From assembly GCA_046598395.1 (NCBI GenBank), contig JBKJIQ010000047.1:7290-71289 (forward strand): 64,000 nt of DNA, read 5' to 3'. The notes below the pieces were generated by a model. The model ran no database searches and was not told the DNA's origin. It saw nothing but the letters and a program-made list of their open reading frames with translations. The DNA comes from Acidimicrobiia bacterium (lineage in GTDB: Bacteria > Actinomycetota > Acidimicrobiia > IMCC26256 > JAENVU01). Numbering within the stretch: the stretch's first letter is position 1; each line of letters opens with the position of its first letter. Both the position numbers and the translations under genes were made by a program. Below, piece by piece: positions 56,008 to 64,000 of this stretch.

Positions 56008-56879
56008 GGCTCAATGTCGGCGCGGGTGCGCAACGACCGGCCCAACGCCACCGATACTGCAGTCACCCCAATCGCGCCGAGCGCGGAAACACCGGTCATC
56101 GTCGCAGCGGCATCCACCCGGCCCGCGTCGTCGGTGACGACAGGGATACCCACGCGCACGCCGAGCGTGAACGGATCGCGACCCTGCGCGACGAACGCGG
56201 CGCGTAGCACTTCGATCCCCGTGGCGATCTCGGAGACCGTCGGTCCCAGTGGCAACCACCCGTCGCCCAGTTGGGAGATACGCGCCACCATCGGCTCGGT
56301 CAACTGGCCGCCGTACCAAACCGGGACTCGAGCCTGCGCGGGACGCGGCTCACTCCAGATGTCGGAAAAAGAAATCGTGGGAGATGCAAACGAGACTGGC
56401 GGCGCCGTCTCCCACAACGCTCGACACGCGCGAACCGCATCGTCCATGCGCGCGGTGCGACCAAGGAACTCCATGCCCGGCTCCACGAACTCTTCACGCT
56501 GCCAACCGGTCCCGATGCCGAGATCGAGTCGACCGCGGGATAGGACATCCAGCGTGGCAACCGTCTTGGCCAACAACAGCACCGGACGAAGCGGTGCGAT
56601 GAGCACACCCGTTCCGAGTCGCACTCGAGATGTCGCCCCGGCGATCGCGGCGAGCGCAGTGAGTGGCTCCAGCCACGGTTCCTCAGCCGGGTACGGAAAC
56701 TTGGCACCGTACGGATAGCGATCGAGGCGCGATCCGATCGCAACATGATCGGGAAAGACCAACTGGTCGACGCCAAGGTCGTCCGCCATGCGCGCGATAT
56801 CGACCACCGCGCCCAGATCGTCGCCGAACAAGCGAGCAAGACCAGAGATCGTGACCGACAGTGCTATCCCTTCGGACAT
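55962..56879 (-). CDS. LLM-class F420-dependent oxidoreductase
   Basis: FPDHV, WLEPLTALAAIA, RLGTGVL, LSRGRLDLGIGTGWQREEF. Confidence 0.9.
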   Translation of the reverse strand: MSEGIALSVTISGLARLFGDDLGAVVDIARMADDLGVDQLVFPDHVAIGSRLDRYPYGAKFPYPAEEPWLEPLTALAAIAGATSRVRLGTGVLIAPLRPVLLLAKTVATLDVLSRGRLDLGIGTGWQREEFVEPGMEFLGRTARMDDAVRACRALWETAPPVSFASPTISFSDIWSEPRPAQARVPVWYGGQLTEPMVARISQLGDGWLPLGPTVSEIATGIEVLRAAFVAQGRDPFTLGVRVGIPVVTDDAGRVDAAATMTGVSALGAIGVTAVSVALGRSLRTRADIEPYLAELVAAIRSSVV

Positions 56880-57949
56880 GGGATCTCCGTTTCACCTTGG
56901 AGCCGGGCCGCGAGCCACAGCAACGATTGTTTGAACGCCGCGGACCACACGTCGAAGGTGTGCTCGCCGCCTGCGATCTCAACTGCGCACGTCGTGATGC
57001 CCGCTGCACGCGTGACGGGTACCAACTCCCGTTGCGCGGCGAGAGGCCCGGCGTCATCGGTCCCCACCTCGAACCATGCGCCCATGCCGGTCAACCGAGT
57101 CCGTTCGAGGATGGTGAGCGGTTCGTGCGCTGTGAACGCCGTGTCGTCGCCACCGAACAAGTTCGCCACGGTGTTACCCACCGAGTTGTCGTCGCCCGAT
57201 CGGGGCCCGAGTAACCCGCCGTAGTCCAGGAAGGTCTGGAACACATCGGGGTGGCGAATCGACAGCATCAGACCACACATCCCTCCTTCCGACAGTCCGC
57301 CCACCGCCCAAGCCTTCGCGTCGGTGGGCAACGAGAACCGTTTCGAGACGAACGCGGGAACATCGCGAGTGAGATAATTTTCCACGGCCCCGACACACTC
57401 GGTATCGGCGGTCAACGATCCATTGTTGTCCGCCATCACGAGAACGGGGGTCTGTCCCTCGTGCCGGGCGGCATAGGCGTCACTGTTGACGTCGGCGTCA
57501 CCGCCATGCGTCCAATCCTCCGGTGTACCTGGCGTTCCGGCCAGTAACACTACGACGCCGAGGGCCGGGCGGGGCGAGGCGAACCACGCCGGCGGGAGAT
57601 ACACCTGTGCGTCCCGCGGTTCGAATCCGGGGCTACTCGACGGAATCGGAATCTGGATGACCTTGCCACGAGCCGGGACGCCGCGTTGATCTCTCACCGA
57701 CGCCACCGAGGCCGCGTCTTGCGCGCGTTGACCGAGCAGTTCTTGCCACGTAGGAATGTAGTCATAATGACGGTTCACCCAGCCCGCCGTGTTCACTGCG
57801 AGCAACAGCACGACCGCGATCGCGCCGACGATCTCACCGAGCCGACCACGCCGCCGGCCGAATATCACGATCAATCCCGTCACCACCAGCGTGAAGACTC
57901 CGATCGCAGCGAGAAACGGCACGCTGACAATTGAATCGTCGGCGACCAT
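56864..57949 (-). CDS. Membrane-anchored esterase (PF00756/antigen-85-like alpha/beta hydrolase)
   Basis: Two N-terminal TMs, VYLPP, GGLSEGG nucleophile, GTDD and GGEH triad residues; ATG 7 nt after TAACTT. Confidence 0.85.
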   Translation of the reverse strand: MVADDSIVSVPFLAAIGVFTLVVTGLIVIFGRRRGRLGEIVGAIAVVLLLAVNTAGWVNRHYDYIPTWQELLGQRAQDAASVASVRDQRGVPARGKVIQIPIPSSSPGFEPRDAQVYLPPAWFASPRPALGVVVLLAGTPGTPEDWTHGGDADVNSDAYAARHEGQTPVLVMADNNGSLTADTECVGAVENYLTRDVPAFVSKRFSLPTDAKAWAVGGLSEGGMCGLMLSIRHPDVFQTFLDYGGLLGPRSGDDNSVGNTVANLFGGDDTAFTAHEPLTILERTRLTGMGAWFEVGTDDAGPLAAQRELVPVTRAAGITTCAVEIAGGEHTFDVWSAAFKQSLLWLAARLQGETEIPCPKG

Positions 57950-58061
57950 CATTGGGAAGTTACTGGCCCACGACAACGACGGCGGGGACACCGCGACTCA
58001 GGCCGGTCTTCCCGGCCGGACATCCAAACGCCCGGGTGGGCCAGCGAGTTGACTATTCACC

Positions 58062-58952
58062 GTGTCTTGGGTCGCGGTGCTGCTTGCGTTGGGCGCGGCC
58101 GCAATTTTTTCGGTGGGTGCGGTCGCCCAACAGCAAGAAGCCTCGAACCTCGGCGAGACGGGCGCGGGATTCATTGGCGGCTTGATGCGCAGTCCGCGGT
58201 GGTGGGCCGCCACGATCGGCGACGGCGTGGGTTACCTCCTGCAAGCGGCTGCACTCGCCGTTGGATCCATCCTCGTGGTTCAGCCGCTCCTCATCATGGC
58301 GCTCGTGTTCGCCCTCCCCCTCGCGGCGCGATGGAACGCCCGGCCGATCAGCCGCGGTGCCGTGGCCTGGGCCGGTGCGATCGCCCTCGCGCTCGCCACG
58401 TTCTTGGTGGTGGGTGATCCGGGTGGCGGGGTCGACGTTGCCACCATCAAGCAGTGGCTACCGTCGATCATCGGGTGTTCCATCCTCACCGCGGCCGGTT
58501 TCGTAATTGCCCTCACCGGCCGAGCACGCCTCCGCGCCATCGGACTTGCGATCGTTGCCGGCACAATGTTCGGATTGGCCTCTGCACTGACGAAATCGAT
58601 GATGTATCTCCTCGGCGCCGACATTGGCCACGCCTTGACCTCGTGGGAGACCTACGCCGTCGTCGCGACTGGTGGGATCGGGTTGTTGTGCCAACAGCTG
58701 GCATTCCAAGCTGGTTCACTCGAGATTTCGTTCCCCGCCGCGATCGTGTTGGACCCGGTGGTGAGCGTGGCCGTCGGCCTGGCCGCGCTCGACGAGCAAG
58801 TGCACGCGTCCGGCATCGAATGGCTGCTCATCGGTGGGAGCGCGATCGTCATGATCATCGGGACCATCACACTCGCACGCGTCGGCGCACCCACGCTGCC
58901 CATACAAACGGGGGCAGACAGAGCACGATCGTCGCCCCTGCCAGCAGACTGA
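58062..58952 (+). CDS. DMT superfamily membrane transporter
   Basis: About 9-10 TMs; AVAQQ, PRWWAA, VQPL and LCQQLAFQAG motifs. Confidence 0.8.
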   Translation: MSWVAVLLALGAAAIFSVGAVAQQQEASNLGETGAGFIGGLMRSPRWWAATIGDGVGYLLQAAALAVGSILVVQPLLIMALVFALPLAARWNARPISRGAVAWAGAIALALATFLVVGDPGGGVDVATIKQWLPSIIGCSILTAAGFVIALTGRARLRAIGLAIVAGTMFGLASALTKSMMYLLGADIGHALTSWETYAVVATGGIGLLCQQLAFQAGSLEISFPAAIVLDPVVSVAVGLAALDEQVHASGIEWLLIGGSAIVMIIGTITLARVGAPTLPIQTGADRARSSPLPAD

Positions 58953-60309
58953 CGTACACGACCGGACTTCCCGTCTTGAGCTGATCCGGTGGGATGAAGC
59001 CCAACAGCAGTGACCCGGTGCACGCAAGAACGCCGACGATCCCGACACACCACATGCCGACTCCTCCGCCGGGAACTCGATAGGGACGCACGCGGTCCGG
59101 TTGGCTGAACCGCAATCGGATGAACGCTGCGAACACCAGCGCGTACATCACCGCGACGATCTGGGCCGTGACCGCGGAGAGCATCCAGTAGCTCGTCGAG
59201 GCATTGGGGACGAACAGAAACAGCAGCGAAAAGATCGTGCCCCCCATCCCTTGCGTGATCAACAACCCCACTGGCACACCGCGTGCGTTCATCCTGCCAA
59301 AGGACGCCGGGGCCCGACCATCGTGCGCGACCGCGGCCATCCCCTTGGCCGGGCCGAGGATCCATGGACTGAGATGGGCCAGACCGCCGAGACCTACGAG
59401 CAACGCAAGTGGGTGCAGCAACCAGGAAATCCCGAGCCGTGAGAGCGCGCGTTGGAACAGTTCCATCGTTCCCGACACGAGGCTCAGCTCATGGGCAGGC
59501 ACAATGAAGGCGAGGAACAACGATCCCAGCACCGAGAACACCACGATCACGATCACCGAGAGTGCGATCGAGCGGGGAACGGTCCGCCCCGGGTCAACGG
59601 TGTCATTTGCATGGAACCCTGCCATCTCCATGCCCGTGAAGAGCAGGATGATCCCCCCGAGAAACGCCAGGTTTCCGAACGAGATGTCGGGGACCAGCGC
59701 GTGACCCGAGAATGGAATCTCGGATCGCTGGCCCGATACCAACCATGCGATTCCGAGACCGACGACGAGCACCGCCGGAACGATCGAGCCGACCACAGTT
59801 CCGATCCCTCCAAACCAGGCGGAGGCAGCAGCGCCGCGCAGGTTGATCAATGTGGCCGCCCAGAACATCACCAGCATCACGGTGACGAGATACAGCTTGT
59901 TCGTGGCGAGGTCGGGATCAACCACGTACGCGAGGGATGCCGCCATGAACGACAGGACCGTTGGGAACCAAGGGATGTTCTCGGCATAGTCGCACCACAC
60001 GGCCAGAAACCCGGTGCGACCGCCGAAGGCTTCCCGTACCCATGCGTACACACCGCCCTCTTCCGGCCACGCGGTTCCAAGCTCCGAGGCCACCATCGAA
60101 ATCGGCACCAGGAAGACGAGAATCGCGAGTGCGAACAACACCAGCATCGACCAGCCGTAGACCGCCATCACCGGAAGGTTCCGTGCGCTCACGATCGCGG
60201 CCACATTGATCGCCATGAGCGCTAACACACCAAGGCTGCGGCGGCCACCTTCGCCAGTCTCCGACGATGTGCCGGACGCAGGGATCGCGCTCCCACTCGA
60301 AGCAATCAT
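58867..60309 (-). CDS. APC-superfamily amino acid antiporter (GadC-like)
   Basis: AINVAAIVSARNLP, ELGTAWPEEGGVYAWV, FTGMEMAG and RPYRVPGG; about 12 TMs. Confidence 0.85.
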   Translation of the reverse strand: MIASSGSAIPASGTSSETGEGGRRSLGVLALMAINVAAIVSARNLPVMAVYGWSMLVLFALAILVFLVPISMVASELGTAWPEEGGVYAWVREAFGGRTGFLAVWCDYAENIPWFPTVLSFMAASLAYVVDPDLATNKLYLVTVMLVMFWAATLINLRGAAASAWFGGIGTVVGSIVPAVLVVGLGIAWLVSGQRSEIPFSGHALVPDISFGNLAFLGGIILLFTGMEMAGFHANDTVDPGRTVPRSIALSVIVIVVFSVLGSLFLAFIVPAHELSLVSGTMELFQRALSRLGISWLLHPLALLVGLGGLAHLSPWILGPAKGMAAVAHDGRAPASFGRMNARGVPVGLLITQGMGGTIFSLLFLFVPNASTSYWMLSAVTAQIVAVMYALVFAAFIRLRFSQPDRVRPYRVPGGGVGMWCVGIVGVLACTGSLLLGFIPPDQLKTGSPVVYVSLLAGATIVLCLPPFVWAAWVRRRVRV

Positions 60310-60761
60310 TTGGCGCCGATTTGATCAAGGGCCAGTGTGAGGCGTTCCATGATCGCGTCGTCACGGCCTGCCGCTGCCTCGAGGGTGAACTGCCCGAAGG
60401 TCCAGACCACGCCGTCGGCATGGGGCCGTTGCTGAGACTCCAAGTTTCTCGCCGCCGCATCGCGATCGTCTCTGTTCGCGAACTCGTCGACGATCAATGT
60501 CACCACTTCGTCGTGGCAATCGATGGCGACGAACAGGATTCGGGTCGACATGGCTTGGTTGGCGAAACCGTTCGAGTTCCTAGAGGTTGAACACACCTCC
60601 AGGCCCCCCTGTTCGACGGCCGCTGTGAGCTCACCGATCGTGTGGTGATCGAACTCGTCATGTCCGGGCCCGCAGGCCACCATGCCGACGGCAGCAATCA
60701 CCACCAGGACCGACGCTCCGCGCAAATGCCTCCAACCCGGACGCGCGGGTCGTCGGGTCAC
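60306..60761 (-). CDS. Hypothetical lipoprotein
   Basis: Hydrophobic signal and lipobox MVAC; GTGA and ATGA overlaps with both neighbours. Confidence 0.7.
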   Translation of the reverse strand: MTRRPARPGWRHLRGASVLVVIAAVGMVACGPGHDEFDHHTIGELTAAVEQGGLEVCSTSRNSNGFANQAMSTRILFVAIDCHDEVVTLIVDEFANRDDRDAAARNLESQQRPHADGVVWTFGQFTLEAAAGRDDAIMERLTLALDQIGAK

Positions 60762-63700
60762 GCCACGTGTGCGGCTGAGTCGGCAACCTGGTCAGGGGCC
60801 GGAACACCCCCCACCGGGGTCGGGACGAACAGCGCGCGGCCAAAGGGCAGCACCAAGAAACCTTCCGCTCCCGCGTACAAGGCGGCAACACGCGGGAGAT
60901 CGGAGGCGTCGGCGTAGACGATGCTGCGCGGCAGCCAGAGCGGATCGAACTTCTCGTTGAACGTCCGCAACGACTCGATCTGGAAGTACGGATTCGCTTT
61001 GCGAATCCCCCATGCCGCGACCCGCTGCACCATGCCTTGCTGAATGTCAGGATCAAGGAGCCGACCCCAGGCCGCAAAATTCATCGAGAGTCGCCGCACG
61101 CCCCGCTCGGCCAAGGCGGTTGCCGCCTTCACGATCAGGAACTCGGTGATGCCGTTCGGCGCATCAGGGTCGTGCCGCATGAGATCTAGCGTGTAGCCGC
61201 GGTCGCGCCCGTAGGCGGGGACGATGCGCAGAAACCCGCTGGGCGCGCCCGCTTGGTCATAGGCGATGCACAACAGAAACTCGGGGTTCTCACCCTTGAT
61301 GTCTTGAGAGAGTGACATCGTGAAGCCGCGCTCGGGGTTCGTACCTCGCCACCGTGCGCTGATCGCGTTCAACGCCGCGACCGTGGTCTTCGGCGCGCTC
61401 GACTCCGTGATCATCTGGAACCGTTGGGTCTTCTCCAATCGGCGGGTCGCTTGGTGAATGCTCTTTGCTCCTGCTCCTTGCTGAATGGCATCGCAGCGCA
61501 CGATCGCCTCATCACCGAGATACACGTGCCGCAAACCTCTCGACGAGTAGAGCGGAAGATCGCCTTCGCGCGTCGCGAGGAACGCGGGCTTCCATGCCCG
61601 TTCACGGCAGAACGCTAGGAACTCGTCCACCACGAGCGCGATCGATTCCGGCCGTCCGATCGGGTCGCCGGCGCCGAGCCCATGGCCGGCCATATAGGTG
61701 TAGGCAATCATCGCCTCGCCGTCGGATGCAAAGAAGAAGCTCTTGTCGCTACGCAACGCAAAGTATGCGAGCGTGTCCCATCCATAGTCGTGGACCAGGC
61801 GGGTGGCGTGATCCCAATCCTCCTGGCGATGAGGGTCGCGTTGTACCAACGGCCGGAACACCACCACGACCAGGCCGATCAACCCGAAGATCCCGACGGC
61901 GAGCAGCGCGGCGGGATAGAAGTCGTGAAAGAACCGCGCCTGATAGGTGTACGGACCACTGACTCCTACCAACCCGAGCGTCACCGTTTCGATTGCACCA
62001 CCGAGCGACACCGACGGCGATATCCGTCCACGATCGAGGAACAGCGCCAACAGACCGAAGCCGTAGACCACGAGGACGTAGATCGGAAACAAACGAACGA
62101 GCCGCCACACCGATGGTGGATCCGACGGCGCCCGGAATCGATCTCGATTGGCCACCAAGAGCACGAGGAGAATCACGGAATAGGCAGCCGCAACCACATG
62201 CGGACCCTTCACTACATGCAACACAGAGCTGACCGCTGCTACCGCGGTCGCAAGTTGCCACGCGCGGTGTTTCCCCGAGCGCAGTTGGTCGGCCAAGAAC
62301 AAGAGCCCGAAGCCGGCCAACACGATCACCACTCGTCCCGAGACGCGCAGCTCCAACGGCAGGAAGCTGTCGCGGAGCGGCTCGATTTGGCGGTGGAACC
62401 ACGGCACCAGCGCGGCGGCGGAGAGCAATCCCACAACCGCAACGAGCATGGTGATCACCCGGACCGGAACCCGGGACTGGCTGAGGGGCGGCGCCGGTGC
62501 GCTCGTCAGTGCCGTGACGGTGGCGGTGAGTTCCGGCGGGGCGTCGCCCTGAGAAGAAGCTGCAGTTTCGCCGCCTGATCCGAGACCTCCCATGCCCGGT
62601 TCCGGACGCAACGTGGGGAACAGAATCACTTCGCGGATCGACGACGTTCCGGTGATCAGCATCACCAATCGGTCGACTCCAATGCCGAGTCCGCCGGTAG
62701 GAGGCATGCCGTATTCGAGTGCCCGAACGTAGTCGAGGTCGACATCTCCGGCCTCGGGATCACCTGCTCGCTTGTGGATCGCCTCGGCTTCGAACCGCTC
62801 GAGCTGATCGACCGGGTCGTTCAACTCGCTGTAGGCGTTCGCAAGTTCGTGACGGTTCACTACCAGCTCGAAACGCTCGGTCAACGTCGGGTCGTCACGA
62901 TGCGCCCGCGCGAGCGGCGACACCTCACGCGGATGATCGAGCACGAACGTCGGTTGCACCAACTTGTCCTCGACGTACTCGTCATAGACCTCGTTCGTGA
63001 GCTTGCCGGGCCCCCAGCTGGCTTCGTACGCAATCCCCAGGCCGTCGAGCACCGCGCGCGCGGCATCGAGTGTCATCGCGGGGTTGATGTCGACGCCCAC
63101 GTGTTCCTTGATCAGCTCGACCATGGTGGCGCGCCGGAACGGTGGTGACAGGTCGATCGTCTCCTCGCCCACCGTGACCTGCAGGTCCGGAACGATCGCG
63201 CGCGCACTCTCCACCACCAGACCTTCGACGAGGTCCATCATGTCGTAATAGTCCCCATACGCCTGGTACGCCTCGAGCATCGTGAACTCAGGGATGTGGG
63301 TGGTGTCGATGCCTTCATTACGGAACACGCGTCCGATTTCGAAGACCCGGTCGAGCCCACCCACGATGAGGCGCTTGAGGTGGAGTTCCAGTGCGATGCG
63401 CAAGTACATGTCTTGGCCAAGCGCGTTGAAGTGCGTGATGAATGGTCGGGCGGTCGCTCCGCCCTGGATCGATTGCAGGACAGGTCCTTCCACCTCGCGA
63501 AACCCGCGTTCCATGAGGTGGCGCCGCAACGCCGCGATGATCTCGATCCGGGCAACGGCAATTCGATGCGCGTCTTCGTTGACCACCAGATCCACGTATC
63601 GCTGCCGGTACCGCGTGTCGGTGTCGGTCAGGCCGTGCCATTTGTTCGGAAGCGGACGAACAGCTTTCGCGAGGAGCTCGAAGGACTCCACATTCACGGA

Positions 63701-64000
63701 GAGCTCGCCTCGGCGCGTGGTCATCACGGAACCGGTAACGCCCACCCAGTCGCCCCGATCGAGATGATCGAACTCGTCGTGCTTGGCCTCGCCGATCACC
63801 TTCTGGCTGACGAACAGCTGGATCTGCCCGTCGCGGTCCTGCAGCGTTGCGAAACTCAGCTTCCCTTGCCGACGGAGCAACAGCAACCGGCCGGCAATGC
63901 AGACGTTGGTTTCGGTGGTCGTACCCGGTTCCAGGTCACCGAACTCGGCGCGCAGTCCGCCCGCGGTCGCAGTGAAGTCGAACCGCACCGGATAGGGCTC
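60758..64000 (-). CDS. Class II lysyl-tRNA synthetase fused N-terminally to an MprF-type TM + DUF2156 aminoacyl transferase (5' end beyond window)
   Basis: OB domain (AGR...GKLSF..LQD), YRQRYVDL, motif 2 FRNEG, motif 3 GLGIGVDRL and REVILFP; linker; about 6 TMs; DTLAYFALRSDK, GDPIG, ERGFTM, LDLMR and SLRTFNEKF. Confidence 0.93.
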   Translation of the reverse strand, partial: EPYPVRFDFTATAGGLRAEFGDLEPGTTTETNVCIAGRLLLLRRQGKLSFATLQDRDGQIQLFVSQKVIGEAKHDEFDHLDRGDWVGVTGSVMTTRRGELSVNVESFELLAKAVRPLPNKWHGLTDTDTRYRQRYVDLVVNEDAHRIAVARIEIIAALRRHLMERGFREVEGPVLQSIQGGATARPFITHFNALGQDMYLRIALELHLKRLIVGGLDRVFEIGRVFRNEGIDTTHIPEFTMLEAYQAYGDYYDMMDLVEGLVVESARAIVPDLQVTVGEETIDLSPPFRRATMVELIKEHVGVDINPAMTLDAARAVLDGLGIAYEASWGPGKLTNEVYDEYVEDKLVQPTFVLDHPREVSPLARAHRDDPTLTERFELVVNRHELANAYSELNDPVDQLERFEAEAIHKRAGDPEAGDVDLDYVRALEYGMPPTGGLGIGVDRLVMLITGTSSIREVILFPTLRPEPGMGGLGSGGETAASSQGDAPPELTATVTALTSAPAPPLSQSRVPVRVITMLVAVVGLLSAAALVPWFHRQIEPLRDSFLPLELRVSGRVVIVLAGFGLLFLADQLRSGKHRAWQLATAVAAVSSVLHVVKGPHVVAAAYSVILLVLLVANRDRFRAPSDPPSVWRLVRLFPIYVLVVYGFGLLALFLDRGRISPSVSLGGAIETVTLGLVGVSGPYTYQARFFHDFYPAALLAVGIFGLIGLVVVVFRPLVQRDPHRQEDWDHATRLVHDYGWDTLAYFALRSDKSFFFASDGEAMIAYTYMAGHGLGAGDPIGRPESIALVVDEFLAFCRERAWKPAFLATREGDLPLYSSRGLRHVYLGDEAIVRCDAIQQGAGAKSIHQATRRLEKTQRFQMITESSAPKTTVAALNAISARWRGTNPERGFTMSLSQDIKGENPEFLLCIAYDQAGAPSGFLRIVPAYGRDRGYTLDLMRHDPDAPNGITEFLIVKAATALAERGVRRLSMNFAAWGRLLDPDIQQGMVQRVAAWGIRKANPYFQIESLRTFNEKFDPLWLPRSIVYADASDLPRVAALYAGAEGFLVLPFGRALFVPTPVGGVPAPDQVADSAAHVA

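Noticed and set aside
63280-63310. LysRS motif 2 reads THIPEF rather than THNPEF
   Set aside because: This position varies among LysRS enzymes, and the other motif 2/3 residues are intact, so it is not evidence of altered specificity
1-64000. CRISPR array, tRNA, rRNA, IS/transposase, integrase or prophage; KstR/KstR2 boxes
   Set aside because: No regularly spaced repeats, cloverleaf or rRNA signatures, or mobility genes seen. No KstR-type palindromes in the intergenic regions I read (by eye only).

Overview
High-GC actinobacterial chromosomal segment, most like Acidimicrobiia by gene content and style (inference). It is densely coding, and I see no rRNA, tRNA, CRISPR array, transposase or integrase. 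Most genes are for lipid or acyl-CoA catabolism: acyl-CoA dehydrogenases, thiolase-fold proteins with DUF35 OB-fold partners, MaoC hydratases, CoA ligases, SDRs, amidohydrolases, and a P450 with a ferredoxin. Housekeeping genes are interspersed (gpmA, hisN-like, ppx, DEAD helicase). The main novelty candidate is at the right end: a class II lysyl-tRNA synthetase fused N-terminally to an MprF-type TM+DUF2156 aminoacyl transferase, the reverse of the mycobacterial LysX order. It is translationally coupled to a lipoprotein and a GadC-like antiporter, next to a DMT protein and a membrane esterase. Other findings: two recurrent palindromic operator motifs on promoters of the catabolic genes, many leaderless promoters including one that appears to start at ATC, an ECF sigma coupled to an anti-sigma/LCP fusion, a ThDP-enzyme homologue lacking its cofactor motif, a Cys-loop beta-propeller lipoprotein, an XRE/nucleotidyltransferase pair, and two damaged genes. 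All product calls come from motif recognition by eye; no database searches were run.
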